A stretch of DNA of 63,653 bases, filler included. It is 6 parts of 6 records of this genome, joined end to end, with 100 filler letters (N's around TTAATTAATTAA, not from the genome) between each part and the next. Parts side by side here need not be neighbours in the genome. Positions count along the whole stretch, not along the records: positions 1 to 14,737 come from SRR31147125_13348; 5 more parts are not named here. One strand, given 5' to 3'. Position numbers and translations under genes: made by a program. The notes below the pieces were generated by a model. It had not been told where the DNA came from. It made no database searches and worked only from the letters and a program-made list of their open reading frames with translations. This document shows positions 1 through 10,627 of this stretch, in pieces (position 1 is the first letter of the stretch; every line of letters begins with the position of its first letter).

Positions 1-99
1 CAAAATGATCGTTTTCGGATCGAAACTATATTATATTCATCAGCGTAATTTCAATAGGTGATTGTTCTGATTTTAACTGTTTTAAATTAAAGGGATATC

Positions 100-716
100 A
101 TGGATTTTCTCTTCCCGATCGCCAGTTATCTTGTCGGGGCGGTACCATTCGGGCTGATGGTCGGCAGGGTGGCCGGGGTTGATGTGCGCAGCTCCGGGAG
201 CGGCAATATCGGCGCGACCAACGTCACGCGGCTACTGGGCAAAAAACTTGGACTGATAACCCTGGTACTCGATTGTCTCAAGGGCTTTCTGCCTATTTTT
301 GTAGCGTCGAGGCTGCTGCATGACGGGCCGTACAGGGAGTTGATTCTGCTGCTCTGCGGTGTTCTCGCCGTTGTCGGGCACATGTTTCCGGTCTACCTCG
401 GGTTCAAGGGCGGGAAGGGGGTCGCTACCAGCCTTGGCGTCTTCCTGTTTCTGTCGCCGGTCGCGATCGGCATCAGCACCGTTGTTTTCTTCGGATCTGT
501 CATCCTTACCGGGTTCGTGTCGGTCGGTTCGCTGCTTGCATCCGGTTTGTTTCCACTGTGGCTGTGGCTGCGTGGAGAATCGGGGGAGCAATTGCTGCCG
601 GTGCGGTTATTGCATTGCTGATCTGGGGGAAACATCACGAGAACATTGCCAGATTGTTGAAGGGGCAGGAAAAGAGCTGGAAGAAAAAGAACGGGGATGA
701 GACGCGTGATGAGTGA
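100..716 (+). CDS. plsY: Glycerol-3-phosphate acyltransferase PlsY (apparent frameshift near the G-run at ~582-586)
   Basis: Motifs SYLVGAVPFG, GSGNIGATN, GHMFPVYLGFKGGKGVAT. The C-terminal KHHENIARLLKGQE motif is in another frame ending TGA at 714-716. Confidence 0.93.
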
Positions 717-1565
717 CGAATTGTCGGCGCTGGTTGCGGCCGCGGCCTCCGTGAAACACCGTCCGGACGGGACATCGTATCGTTCACTGCCGTACAGGGA
801 CCAGGCGCTGCTGGCAATACAGTCCGGTATGGATCAGAGGCAGGTCCAGCTGGCTGCGCTGCACCTCCGGATCGTTCCTGAAGTATACGCAAGAAATCAG
901 AAGACACTCTCGTGCGAAGACCAGATAACACTGCTGAACTATCGGGTGGCGGTGATCGGCCTCGGGGGGCTGGGTGGTACGGTCACTGAAATCCTCGCAC
1001 GGATCGGTGTCGGAAATCTGACACTGGTTGATGGGGACAGCTTCGACGACTCCAACCTGAACCGGCAGCTTTTCTCCAGCGTTGACAGTCTGGGGAAGAA
1101 AAAGGCAGAGGTCGCTGTTGAACGGGTGAATGCGGTTAACCCGGCGGTGGCGGTGAGAATGGCCGATGTGTTTTTTACCGCTGCCAACGGGTTTGATCTG
1201 CTGGACAGTGTCGACATCGCCGTTGACTGTCTCGACTCAATAACGTCCCGGTTTGATCTCGAAAAGGCCTGCCTGAAAGCGCATATCCCGATGGTCTCGG
1301 CTGCGATCGGGGGCACGTCGGGACAGGTGACCGTCGTCTATCCCGGTGATCCCGGGTTGACTAAAATTTACGGCCATCCCGACACGGTTGCCGACCGGGG
1401 AATCGAGAAGACTCTGGGGACGCTCCCATTCGCGGCCATATCTCTTGCAGCAATGGAGTGCGCCGAGGTTGTCGGTGTTGCCATCGGCAGGGACGGGGGC
1501 TGAGGAACCGGCTGCTGATAACCGATCTGTTCGACCATTCCATGGACGTGGTGGAGCTGGGGTAG
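709..1565 (+). CDS. HesA/MoeB/ThiF family adenylyltransferase (frameshift near 1495-1500)
   Basis: VAVIGLGGLGG, LVDGDSFDDSNLNRQ, VDCLD. The alternative frame continues LRNRLLITDL...VVELG*. The ATG overlaps the plsY stop. Confidence 0.88.
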
Positions 1566-1590
1566 GCCCGCGTGACACCGTTGCAGGTGT

Positions 1591-2508
1591 TTACGGGGCT
1601 GCCTGCACCAGGGTTTCACAGACCAGCTCGACCAGTGCCCATATCCCGTCGCCTGCAAGAAGGACGTCGATCGACTGATCGAACAATACCGTCAGCCCCG
1701 AGTCGAGTTCGTCGTCGCCGCACCAGAGAATCAGTTTGATGGGGACTGTCGGGAATACCCACAGCCGTACGGCGGCATCGCCGATTTCACCGGTTTCGAC
1801 ACCTCCCAGCGTCAGTGCCGCATCAACCAGGTCCCGGGGGGCCGTACCGAAACGATTGAGGAGAGATCCGGTGCGGAGCTGATGGATACCCCTGAAAAAT
1901 GAGCTGCAGGACAGGTCTTTTTCCGTCACCCAGGTGCCGGTCAACGGGTGCGATTCGCTCTGGGCCAGATAGACGGCGGTGACAAACGCGAGCAGTGGCG
2001 GTGCGGGAACCCACGTTGCCTCGTGCTCGATGTCGATTCGTTTTCCTTTCACAGCCACCCGAACTCGTGTGTTCATCACATCGATCAGCAGGAAGTCTTC
2101 GGCAGGTCGGGATGCGCCGGTACAGCGACAAACCGTCTCGATACCCCGGTCAAGAATTTTCTGCCAGTGTTGTTCTGGTATCGCGAGTTGTCCAGCTGTC
2201 TGTTTTTTCACATCGAACTCCTTTTTTCTTCTCTTCTGCATAGCGAGAAATCCCCCGCTGAATGGATACCCGTTGGTTCCGTCACCGGAAAAATTTTCGC
2301 ACGGAAACTGCGGGCAATCCCTCATGCAATATTCCAGTCGATTGAGTCGGGCGCAGGCAAGGATCGGGCAGGGAACTCCGAGCAGCCGCTCCTGAGCATC
2401 GAGCTTGCATTGTGCCTGGTGGCTGGTTCCGCTACCGCACGGTGAACAGATTCCGGCGGCGTTGAGTCCGCATACCTTACAGTTTATTCCACAGGCGCCA
2501 GTTCCCAT
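1591..2508 (-). CDS. Cys-rich (DUF3795-like) N-terminus plus DUF3786-like domain protein
   Basis: GACGINCKVC..CSPC..CPILAC..YCMRDCPQFPC; C-terminal GDAAVRLWVFPTVPIKLILWCGDDEL. Confidence 0.7.
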   Translation of the reverse strand: MGTGACGINCKVCGLNAAGICSPCGSGTSHQAQCKLDAQERLLGVPCPILACARLNRLEYCMRDCPQFPCENFSGDGTNGYPFSGGFLAMQKRRKKEFDVKKQTAGQLAIPEQHWQKILDRGIETVCRCTGASRPAEDFLLIDVMNTRVRVAVKGKRIDIEHEATWVPAPPLLAFVTAVYLAQSESHPLTGTWVTEKDLSCSSFFRGIHQLRTGSLLNRFGTAPRDLVDAALTLGGVETGEIGDAAVRLWVFPTVPIKLILWCGDDELDSGLTVLFDQSIDVLLAGDGIWALVELVCETLVQAAP

Positions 2509-2736
2509 TTTCAATGCCTTTGAATTGGTACCTTTGTTTTAATGAAATGGACAAGAGAGAACAATTCTGGTCTCTAGATTGCAAGGTCTCCATCGAATGT
2601 ATCGTTCTGACAAAATTTTGACGATACAACCCCGGCACACCCGATGTGAATAATGATTTATAGGGTATTGGTCGGAAAGTCAAAGAGAGAGTCAAAACGA
2701 CAACAAGTATCATTGCTGTCCAGACAAGGGAACGGT

Positions 2737-3761
2737 ATGACCAGGCAATTCAGAGAGATTCTAGGATCGTATAAGGAGATGTCCGTTCGTTATGATCGGA
2801 ATCAGGAGGCTATCTGGGGGTACTTCAAACCGTCACGTCGTCCATGTTTTTCGCCCACCATCCTCAAAGAAGCGAAAACGATCATGAAGCGGATCATGAA
2901 CTATTTTGAAGCAGGGGTTGATGAGGAAAACTACCCCATTCGTTATGTAATCAACGCATCGCATACCCCCGGGATTTTCAACCTGGGCGGCGATCTCAAC
3001 CTGTTCATCGATCTCATCAGGAAGCAAGAGAAAGAAATATTGCTTGCCTACGCAAAAGACTGCGTCGATATCTGTTACATGTTTTCCACCAGCCTCGGGC
3101 TCCCGATCACCACTATCTCATATGTCGAGGGGTCTGCCCTCGGGGGGGATTCGAGTCTGCCATGTCGGGCAACGTGCTGATTGCCGAAAAGCATTCACAG
3201 ATGGGGTTGCCCGAAATCAGGTTCAACCTGTTTCCCGGAATGGGAGCGTACAGCTTTCTGGCACGCAAGCTCGGAATCCTCAAGGCCGAGGAGATCATTA
3301 CCAGCGGTAAAATATACGGTGGTCCGGAACTGCATACGATGGGCGTCGTCGATATACTCGCAGAGTCTGGTAAAGGCTATGAGGCGGTTGACTGCTTTAT
3401 CCGCAAGTATAGGAAATCTGCCAACGGGATGCGGGCAATTCAAAAAGTCAGGCAGATTTACAATCCTATTTCCTACGATGAATTGATGGAGATCACTAGG
3501 GTCTGGGTTGATACGGCGCTGCAACTCCAGGAGAAAGATCTGAAGACCATGGCCAAGCTCGTCCACGCACAGAATCGCGGGCAGCTTACCGCCGAGCATA
3601 AGCCTGAAAAACTACGCCTGGTAAGAACCAAGCAGGATCGAAGAATCGATTCATCGCAGGATCAGTTCCCGATTGTAGACAACGACGGCAATCATATTCT
3701 CTATGACCGACGCAGTAATTTTGACCGGCGTTCACTCGAGATCATGAACTTGAGCAACTGA
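2737..3761 (+). CDS. rpfF: RpfF-like crotonase / DSF (diffusible signal factor) synthase; frameshift in the G-run at ~3142-3148
   Basis: Joined frames give RPCFSP, FNLGGDLNLF, ALGGGFESAMS, GLPEIRFNLFPGMGAYSFL, and both catalytic Glu of RpfF are present. Confidence 0.82.
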
Positions 3762-3979
3762 GCCCGCTGCGCACTCATCACGGCTCTGCGCAGGGAACTC
3801 AGCCGCTTAATCTGCCACCAGGTTGTTCTCTGGTTTTTTTTCCGTAATTCCTTATTCTTAATCGAAATATTCTTTTACTTTCGTCTACATTCTGATACGC
3901 TTGTTACTGTAACAGGTAAGGGGCAGCTCCCTGCTATTGGTAGTTTTTCTATTGTCTCGTTATTTCAATAAGCTATTTA

Positions 3980-6316
3980 ATGATTACGATAGTCGATCCA
4001 GCCTTTCGCCCATCGAGCGATTTCACCAACCAGATCCTTGCGGACAAGCTCGACAACCTCTATTCGAGCAATAACATCAGTACCGCCGCCCATTTAACTG
4101 TCGGGCTGGTGTATCTGCTCTTCCAGTTTCGGGATCACTCTCCGTGGTCCCTTCTCCTCTGGTATGGTGTGTTGGCCACTGTTTTTGTCGTACGCTACCT
4201 TATGGTGCGCAGCTATTTCAGCCAGAAGGTGGGGTTCAAGAAGAGGCCAGTCTGGCTGATCAGATTCAGAGTTGCAAGCTTTGCCGTCGGCGCTGTTTTC
4301 GGTTCGACTATCATCTTTTTTCACCCCAACGACTCCATCCCGAACCAGATGTTTACCGCCATGTTACTCGCGGGACTGGCAGCAGGGGGACTGACGGTTC
4401 TGGTGGGGGATCTGGTCTGTTTTTACGAGTATATCATCTGCCTGCTTGTTCCGCTGATTCTTTACTCCCTCTTCAGGCTCGAATTTCTCGATATCTTCAT
4501 GGCGATCGTCGCGGTCACATACATGCTGGTCATGTTGAGAGCGGGCAAACGGCTCAATGAGGTGATGGTGTCCTCGTTGCATCTCCGATACGAGAACCTG
4601 TCCCTGGTTGAAGATCTCGAACTGGAGAAGAATAAGCTGAACAACCGGCTCGGCAGGATTCTCAACGACAGTTCCAATGAGCTTTTCATCGTCGAGGCCG
4701 AAACGCTGATTTGTCTGCAGTTCAACAAGGGGGCTCTGGAAAACCTGGGGTATAGCGAAAATGAGCTGGGGAGCATGACGCTTGACGATATCATAGTCGA
4801 CCTCAGTAAAGAGGAAATATTGAATCTTGTGCGCCCGCTTAAAAGCGGAAGCCGGGAGTCGCTGACCTACAAGACACTCCAGAAACGCAGGGATGGGAGT
4901 ACTTACCCGGTCGAGCTCCGTATTCAAGCTTCGGCGCAGGAAGACCCGCCGGTACTGGTCGTGACATCGCTGGATATAACAGAGCGGGATGAAGCGGAGA
5001 AAAAACTTATCCATCAGGCTAATTTTGACCAGCTTACCAACCTTCCCAACCGCTATTATATGCTCTCGTACATCAGGAGCGCATTTGCCCGGGCCAAGCG
5101 CCAGAACTCGAAAGTAGCGCTGCTGTTTCTCGACTTGAACAATTTCAAGGATATCAACGATACGCTCGGGCACGGTACCGGAGATGAATTGCTGAAGATG
5201 GTGGCCGACCGGCTGCGGTTGATGCTGCGTGAAACCGATACGGCCGCGCGGCTCGGCGGGGACGAATTTCTGGTGCTGCTGGAAGGGCTGCAGCGCCAGG
5301 ATCAGGCCGAGGTGGTCGTCCATAAGATCATACACTCGTTCGAAGAGCCGTTTGCCGTGAATTACAGTGAGATCTACACATCGGCCAGCATCGGTATCTC
5401 AACCTTTCCCGATGACGGCAATTCAGTGGAACTGCTGATGCAGTATGCCGATACCGCTATGTATTATGCGAAGAAAGACAGCAGCACGAACTACCGCTTT
5501 TTCTCACACGAACTCAGGGCCTACATCGATGAGCAACTGGCAATCGAAAACCGGCTGCGACATGCGGTCAAGAATAATGAGCTCGAGGTGTACTACCAGC
5601 CCAAGATCAACACGCTGTCCGAACAGGTGATCGGGGCCGAAGCCCTGCTGCGTTGGGAAAATCCGGATCTCGGCATGGTGCCGCCCTCCATCTTCGTCCC
5701 CGTTGCGGAGAAGTACGGCCTGATCGAGGAAATCGGCTCCTGGGTCCTGAGGACGGCCTGCATGGAAGCCGTCCAGTGGGAAGAGGTCGCGGGTACGAGG
5801 CTGCAGGTGGCGATCAACATTTCACCACGGCAGTTCCGGGCCAGTAATTTCCTGGAGATTGTCGACAGTGTGATCAGGGAAAGTGGTCTGGACGAGAGTC
5901 TGCTGGAAATCGAGATAACCGAAAACCTGCTCATGCAGGATGCTCAGGAGCCGCTGGCAATACTCAACGAGCTGTTGAGGCGCAATATTACCCTCTCCCT
6001 CGATGATTTCGGAACCGGGTACTCGTCGCTGAGTTATCTGAAACAATTTCCGCTCCAGGTCCTGAAAATTGACCGAAGTTTCATCGCTGATATGATGGAG
6101 AATCAGTACAATATGTCCCTCGTCGACGCGATTGTCGCCATGGCGCAGATTCTGGATCTGGACGTGGTCGCCGAGGGTGTGGAAACGAAGGAGCAGTTCG
6201 GGTTCCTGAAGAACAGAAATGTCGAGGTCGTACAGGGATATTTGTTCAGCCCCGCCATTCCGGCAGAGCAGTTCAGGCAGTTTATCCGGCAGCCCCTATC
6301 TCTCAAGGCTGACTGA
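3980..6316 (+). CDS. Membrane-anchored PAS-GGDEF-EAL c-di-GMP cyclase/phosphodiesterase
   Basis: Several N-terminal TM segments, PAS (KRRDGSTYPVE), RETD I-site with GGDEF, EALLRW, DDFGTGYSS, EGVE, QGY. Confidence 0.95.
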   Translation: MITIVDPAFRPSSDFTNQILADKLDNLYSSNNISTAAHLTVGLVYLLFQFRDHSPWSLLLWYGVLATVFVVRYLMVRSYFSQKVGFKKRPVWLIRFRVASFAVGAVFGSTIIFFHPNDSIPNQMFTAMLLAGLAAGGLTVLVGDLVCFYEYIICLLVPLILYSLFRLEFLDIFMAIVAVTYMLVMLRAGKRLNEVMVSSLHLRYENLSLVEDLELEKNKLNNRLGRILNDSSNELFIVEAETLICLQFNKGALENLGYSENELGSMTLDDIIVDLSKEEILNLVRPLKSGSRESLTYKTLQKRRDGSTYPVELRIQASAQEDPPVLVVTSLDITERDEAEKKLIHQANFDQLTNLPNRYYMLSYIRSAFARAKRQNSKVALLFLDLNNFKDINDTLGHGTGDELLKMVADRLRLMLRETDTAARLGGDEFLVLLEGLQRQDQAEVVVHKIIHSFEEPFAVNYSEIYTSASIGISTFPDDGNSVELLMQYADTAMYYAKKDSSTNYRFFSHELRAYIDEQLAIENRLRHAVKNNELEVYYQPKINTLSEQVIGAEALLRWENPDLGMVPPSIFVPVAEKYGLIEEIGSWVLRTACMEAVQWEEVAGTRLQVAINISPRQFRASNFLEIVDSVIRESGLDESLLEIEITENLLMQDAQEPLAILNELLRRNITLSLDDFGTGYSSLSYLKQFPLQVLKIDRSFIADMMENQYNMSLVDAIVAMAQILDLDVVAEGVETKEQFGFLKNRNVEVVQGYLFSPAIPAEQFRQFIRQPLSLKAD

Positions 6317-6366
6317 TCGGGGGCTTCTCTGTATCAGCGTGAGCAGAGGAAGGCGATACGTTCCGG

Positions 6367-6681
6367 CTATTTTTTCTGGGTGAAGCGGTCTGTTACCACC
6401 ATCTCCCCTCTGGGGAAGAGTGACTCGGTTTTTGTGTCGGGGTCCTCGGTGAATTCCTCAATCAGCGAAACCGATTGGAACGGCAGCATTAATTGTCTTA
6501 CTTCACTGAAATTTCTCCGAATCTCATCGTCTGCCGGGTTGATCAGTACCCCGTTTTCCGGAGGGAGAACCAGGTCCTTGATGGACACGAAATAGGGGTG
6601 GGTCATGTCGAGACTGCGGGCCTTGAGTTCGTACTGCTTTTCTTTCCAGGTGAAGTGAACGCGAAAAATGTTATTCATCAA
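6367..6681 (-). CDS. DUF1820-like small protein
   Basis: IFRVHF..YELKAR..FVSIKDL..LINPADDEIRRNF..LPFQSVSLIEE pattern. Confidence 0.65.
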   Translation of the reverse strand: MMNNIFRVHFTWKEKQYELKARSLDMTHPYFVSIKDLVLPPENGVLINPADDEIRRNFSEVRQLMLPFQSVSLIEEFTEDPDTKTESLFPRGEMVVTDRFTQKK

Positions 6682-6817
6682 AGTAGGCTTGGCATGAACA
6701 GGTGGAATTGGCTATTTCTGGTAATTTCATCAAAAGACAATTATTCTTCAAGCTGAGAGCCTTGTCAACCTGATGAAGAATAAAGGTACCATAAAAGGGG
6801 AAGAACCCGGAGGTAGT

Positions 6818-7870
6818 ATGCGAATAGACACGGAATATTTCGGTACAGTCAACGGGATGGATATCAACAGGTATCACTTGTGTCATGACAACGGGTCGGT
6901 CGTCTCCATAGCCGGATTTGGTGCGTTGATAACCTCCGTGCAGGTACCGGACCGCGATGGGGAGTTGGTCGATGTTGTACTTGGGTACGATACGCTGGAT
7001 GAGTATGTCTACGACAAGATCTTTATCGGCAGCCTGGTCGGGCGTTATGCAAACCGTATCAGGGAGGGCAAAATCCTGATCGGTGGCACCCCCCACCAGC
7101 TTACCTGCAATCGGCCGGGAATTCATCTGCATGGCGGAGAGACGGGGTTCAACAAGAAAATCTGGAAGGCCGAGTCTTTCGTGGATGAAAGCGGGTGCGG
7201 GGTTGAGCTCGGTCTGCTGAGCCTGGACGGCGAGGAAGGATTTCCGGGCAACCTCACGGTCTCCCTTCGTTACCTCTTCACACCGGACAGTGAACTGATA
7301 GTTCACTATCGTGCCGAGACGGACAAGCCGACCATCGTGAATTTGACCCAGCACTCCTATTTTAACCTGTCGGGCGGTGGGCCGATCACCGATCACCATC
7401 TCTATATCAATGGATCACACATTACCCCGGTCGGACCGGATCTGCTGCCGACAGGAGAGCTGATGGCGGTTGACGGAACCCCTTTTGATTTCAGAAACTC
7501 GCGGCCGATTTTTGCCGCCATGATAGAGGCAGATGCTCAGAAGCCCAAAGGAGACGGGTTCGACCACAACTATGCACTCGATACCGCTGGAGACCTCGAC
7601 AAAGTTGCTGCGCTCGTTTTCGAGCCTGCTTCCGGACGAACCATGGAGGTGCGGACGACCAAGCCCGGGATGCAGCTCTATACCGGTAACTATCTCAATG
7701 GAACACTGCGTGGAAGAGCCGGGCAGGTGTTCGACCAGCATGGGGCGCTCTGCCTTGAGACACAGTACTATCCGGACAGCCCGAACCATCCTTCATTTCC
7801 ATCGCCATTCCTGCTCCCCGGGCAGGTATATGAGCACACCACCGTCTATCGTTTTGGGGTGAAGGGGTAG
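6818..7870 (+). CDS. galM: Aldose 1-epimerase (galactose mutarotase)
   Basis: GRYANRI, HLHGG, NLTQHSYFNL, FDHNY, QLYTGN, CLETQYYPDSPN; SD GGAGG before ATG 6818. Confidence 0.95.
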   Translation: MRIDTEYFGTVNGMDINRYHLCHDNGSVVSIAGFGALITSVQVPDRDGELVDVVLGYDTLDEYVYDKIFIGSLVGRYANRIREGKILIGGTPHQLTCNRPGIHLHGGETGFNKKIWKAESFVDESGCGVELGLLSLDGEEGFPGNLTVSLRYLFTPDSELIVHYRAETDKPTIVNLTQHSYFNLSGGGPITDHHLYINGSHITPVGPDLLPTGELMAVDGTPFDFRNSRPIFAAMIEADAQKPKGDGFDHNYALDTAGDLDKVAALVFEPASGRTMEVRTTKPGMQLYTGNYLNGTLRGRAGQVFDQHGALCLETQYYPDSPNHPSFPSPFLLPGQVYEHTTVYRFGVKG

Positions 7871-7956
7871 GTGGGCGAGGTGATAACGGCAGGAAGTCCC
7901 GATGCTCCTGATGTGCTGCTTGCATCTGTGGTGAAGATGTATATTTTGTCGCACTA

Positions 7957-8852
7957 ATGAGAACATTTACCATATACATACCGACGATCCTGTTCTTCCT
8001 GACGGTCGGCCTGTCGGTACTGCTCTACTTTTCCGGTTGTGTCGCGGTACCGAAACAGGCGGTCGTCGTCAGCGGTGTAAACGATCAGGCCATTCATCGG
8101 CAGGCGGTTACCTGCAGCCCGGAACTTGAATTTGTAGCAGACACCGGAGTGGATGGCGGAATCGATCCGGAGGGATTCAGCCTTTTGAGCTGGAATTCCC
8201 ACCGCGGTATCCATCGTGACTGGCAGAAGGATCTGATTGCGTTCGGTAAAGCCAGTGATATTATCCTGCTCCAGGAGGCGGCGCTTGACTTGCTCCAGGA
8301 GGCCCAGGGCGATCTGTTCGCGGACCGGTGGCTCATGGCCACCGCTTTTGAGCTGGAGGACAGGGAGATCGGCATTCTGGCTGCAGCCCGCGTATCCCCC
8401 CAGGGTATTGTGTCTCACGAGAGCCGGAACCGTTATTCAGGATTCCCAAGATCGGTCTGGCAGTCGCGTATCCGCTAGCGGGTATGGATGCTCAATTGCT
8501 CGTCGTAAATATCCACATGGTCAATTTTACCTTTTCCACCGATGCGGTGAGGCGGCAGTTCGATGCGTTGTCTGAGATTGTGATGAACCATGAAGGACCG
8601 GTAATCATTGCCGGCGATTTCAATACCTGGAACGACAGCCGGGAATCGGTTGTTCAGCAGCGTATGGACGATCTGCATATGACGCCGGTCAGCTTTCTAC
8701 CGGATAACAGAGTCACGTTTTTCAATCGCGCGGTCGATGGCATCTACTTCCGGGGACTGGAAGTTACCGGTTCCACGTCTTACCAGGTGGAGAGTTCTGA
8801 TCACAATCCACTTGAGGTTCATTTCCGCCTGACTGACAGTACCCACGGATGA
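7957..8852 (+). CDS. Endonuclease/exonuclease/phosphatase (EEP) family protein, frameshifted near ~8400-8440
   Basis: LLSWNSH, LLQEA in ORF 7957; NIH, AGDFNTW, DGIYFRGL, SSDHNPL in ORF 8484. Confidence 0.85.
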
Positions 8853-9250
8853 AACAACGCCTTATCGTCATTCTTACCGTGCTGTTCGCTTCCGGTGCAT
8901 ATGCGGGCGACAGCTATTTCAAGGACGAAGTCGCCTATCTTCTGGACTTTATTGAGTATTCCGACTGTACATTCATCCGCAATGGAAAACGCTACACCTC
9001 TGTCGAGGCCAGGGCGCATATCGGGAGAAAATTCGACCATATCGAAAAACGGATATCGACGGCAGAACAGTTTATCAGATACGGTGCCAGCAAGAGTTCC
9101 ATTACCGGGCGGGTCTACCAGGTTGAGTGCGGAACGATGTCTATAGCCGCTGCTCAGTGGCTTGGAGAGGAACTGGCTCGGTACAGAGAGGGGCGGGCGG
9201 CAGACCCGGAACCGTCGGCATCGGTTGCACCGGATAGAGAAGGTGACTGA
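8849..9250 (+). CDS. Secreted DUF5329-like protein
   Basis: Signal peptide; CTFIRNG..A.AH...K, TAEQFI..ASKSS.TG..Y.V.C. Confidence 0.75.
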   Translation: MKQRLIVILTVLFASGAYAGDSYFKDEVAYLLDFIEYSDCTFIRNGKRYTSVEARAHIGRKFDHIEKRISTAEQFIRYGASKSSITGRVYQVECGTMSIAAAQWLGEELARYREGRAADPEPSASVAPDREGD

Positions 9251-9354
9251 GCTCACATTGAGTGGGGCTGCTCATAGGGTGAGAAAATAATTGACAAAAA
9301 TGAGAAAATGTTAGACGATTGCCCCCAAAGATAACGGCAATTTCAATGTGACGG

Positions 9355-10569
9355 ATGGTACAATTGTATACGGTTATACGGGTAATATCGCGCGTCTCGG
9401 TTCAGAGGCGTGGGGGCGCCATTGCCGGTTTTGCTCTTCTCCTGTTGTTATTCTCTTCCACACATCTCCTCGCTAACGGCGACCCCGCAGAGGCTCCAGG
9501 CATAAAGAAATCCCCGCAGGCTGTCGGGCAGCCGCTGATCGACGAGTCGGTTCAGCCGGCCGAACCCGAGGTGATGCGCGACTATGGGGAGATACGTATT
9601 TTGAGTACAGACCAGGAGAATGTGCTGAATAAAACTTCCGTTCAGGGAGAAGACATTCCGTTTGTCGACGATTCTACCGAGGACGGGCTCGATGCGCTCC
9701 AGGAAAAGGGTAGTGCTCTGGTCGTCGGTGCAGCGGAATGGATCGACTCGTTCTTCAATGACCCGCGGTACGTAGCGGAGGAAAACCGGACCCGGGCAAA
9801 AGTGAAACTGGGCGGTGGCTATTCGAAACACTACGATATCGAGACCTACGCGTCGATCGATCTCAAAGTCAGTCTACCCAAACTGGAAAACAGGGCGAAT
9901 GTCTTCCTGCGGATGAATGACGACAGCGATTTCGACGTGGAAAGTTCTCCCATTCCCAACACCGAAGGCGGCGCGAAAAACGACCGCGAACAGCTGACCG
10001 CCGGTGTCCAGTATTTCCTGAAAATGGGCGAAAGATACAATATCTCCGTCGATACCGGACTGTCCCTTAACTATGTGTACGGCGGGCTCCGTTTCCGGCA
10101 CCTGCACAATCTCTCTTCAAACGGGTGGACCGGGAGGTTCACTGACCGGATACGCTGGTACAGTGATGACGGGTGGGAGAACAAAGCGTCGTATGATATC
10201 GAAAAATTTTTTGGAGAGCGGTTCCTGTCGCGTACGATATTCACCGTGCTGCTTTCGGAGGAAACTGAAGGGGTGCCGTTTTCAGCTGTTACCCGGCTGT
10301 TCCAGGTTATTGATATCGACTCGGCCCTGTCGTATGACGTTTCGGCATTTTTCGACACCGAACCGGAGTTTGAGCTCACCGATTTCCAGCTTAAATTACG
10401 CTATCGACAGAGATTTTACAGGGACTGGCTCGTACTCGAGCTGAATCCACTGATTACATTCCCGGCTGAGTTCGATCATGAATACAATCCGGGCTTCATT
10501 GCGAAGTTCGAAATTGATTTCGGCTACCTCAGCAATCGAAAAGCGTACGACAGTATCTTCGAATTTTAA
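9355..10569 (+). CDS. Putative outer-membrane beta-barrel protein
   Basis: N-terminal hydrophobic signal, amphipathic strands (YRQRFYRDWLVLELNP), terminal Phe. Confidence 0.6.
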   Translation: MVQLYTVIRVISRVSVQRRGGAIAGFALLLLLFSSTHLLANGDPAEAPGIKKSPQAVGQPLIDESVQPAEPEVMRDYGEIRILSTDQENVLNKTSVQGEDIPFVDDSTEDGLDALQEKGSALVVGAAEWIDSFFNDPRYVAEENRTRAKVKLGGGYSKHYDIETYASIDLKVSLPKLENRANVFLRMNDDSDFDVESSPIPNTEGGAKNDREQLTAGVQYFLKMGERYNISVDTGLSLNYVYGGLRFRHLHNLSSNGWTGRFTDRIRWYSDDGWENKASYDIEKFFGERFLSRTIFTVLLSEETEGVPFSAVTRLFQVIDIDSALSYDVSAFFDTEPEFELTDFQLKLRYRQRFYRDWLVLELNPLITFPAEFDHEYNPGFIAKFEIDFGYLSNRKAYDSIFEF

Positions 10570-10627
10570 TCTGGACGAATTACCCCGAGCAGCACCACTC
10601 CTCATGCGTCGGTGACGACGGCCTCGT

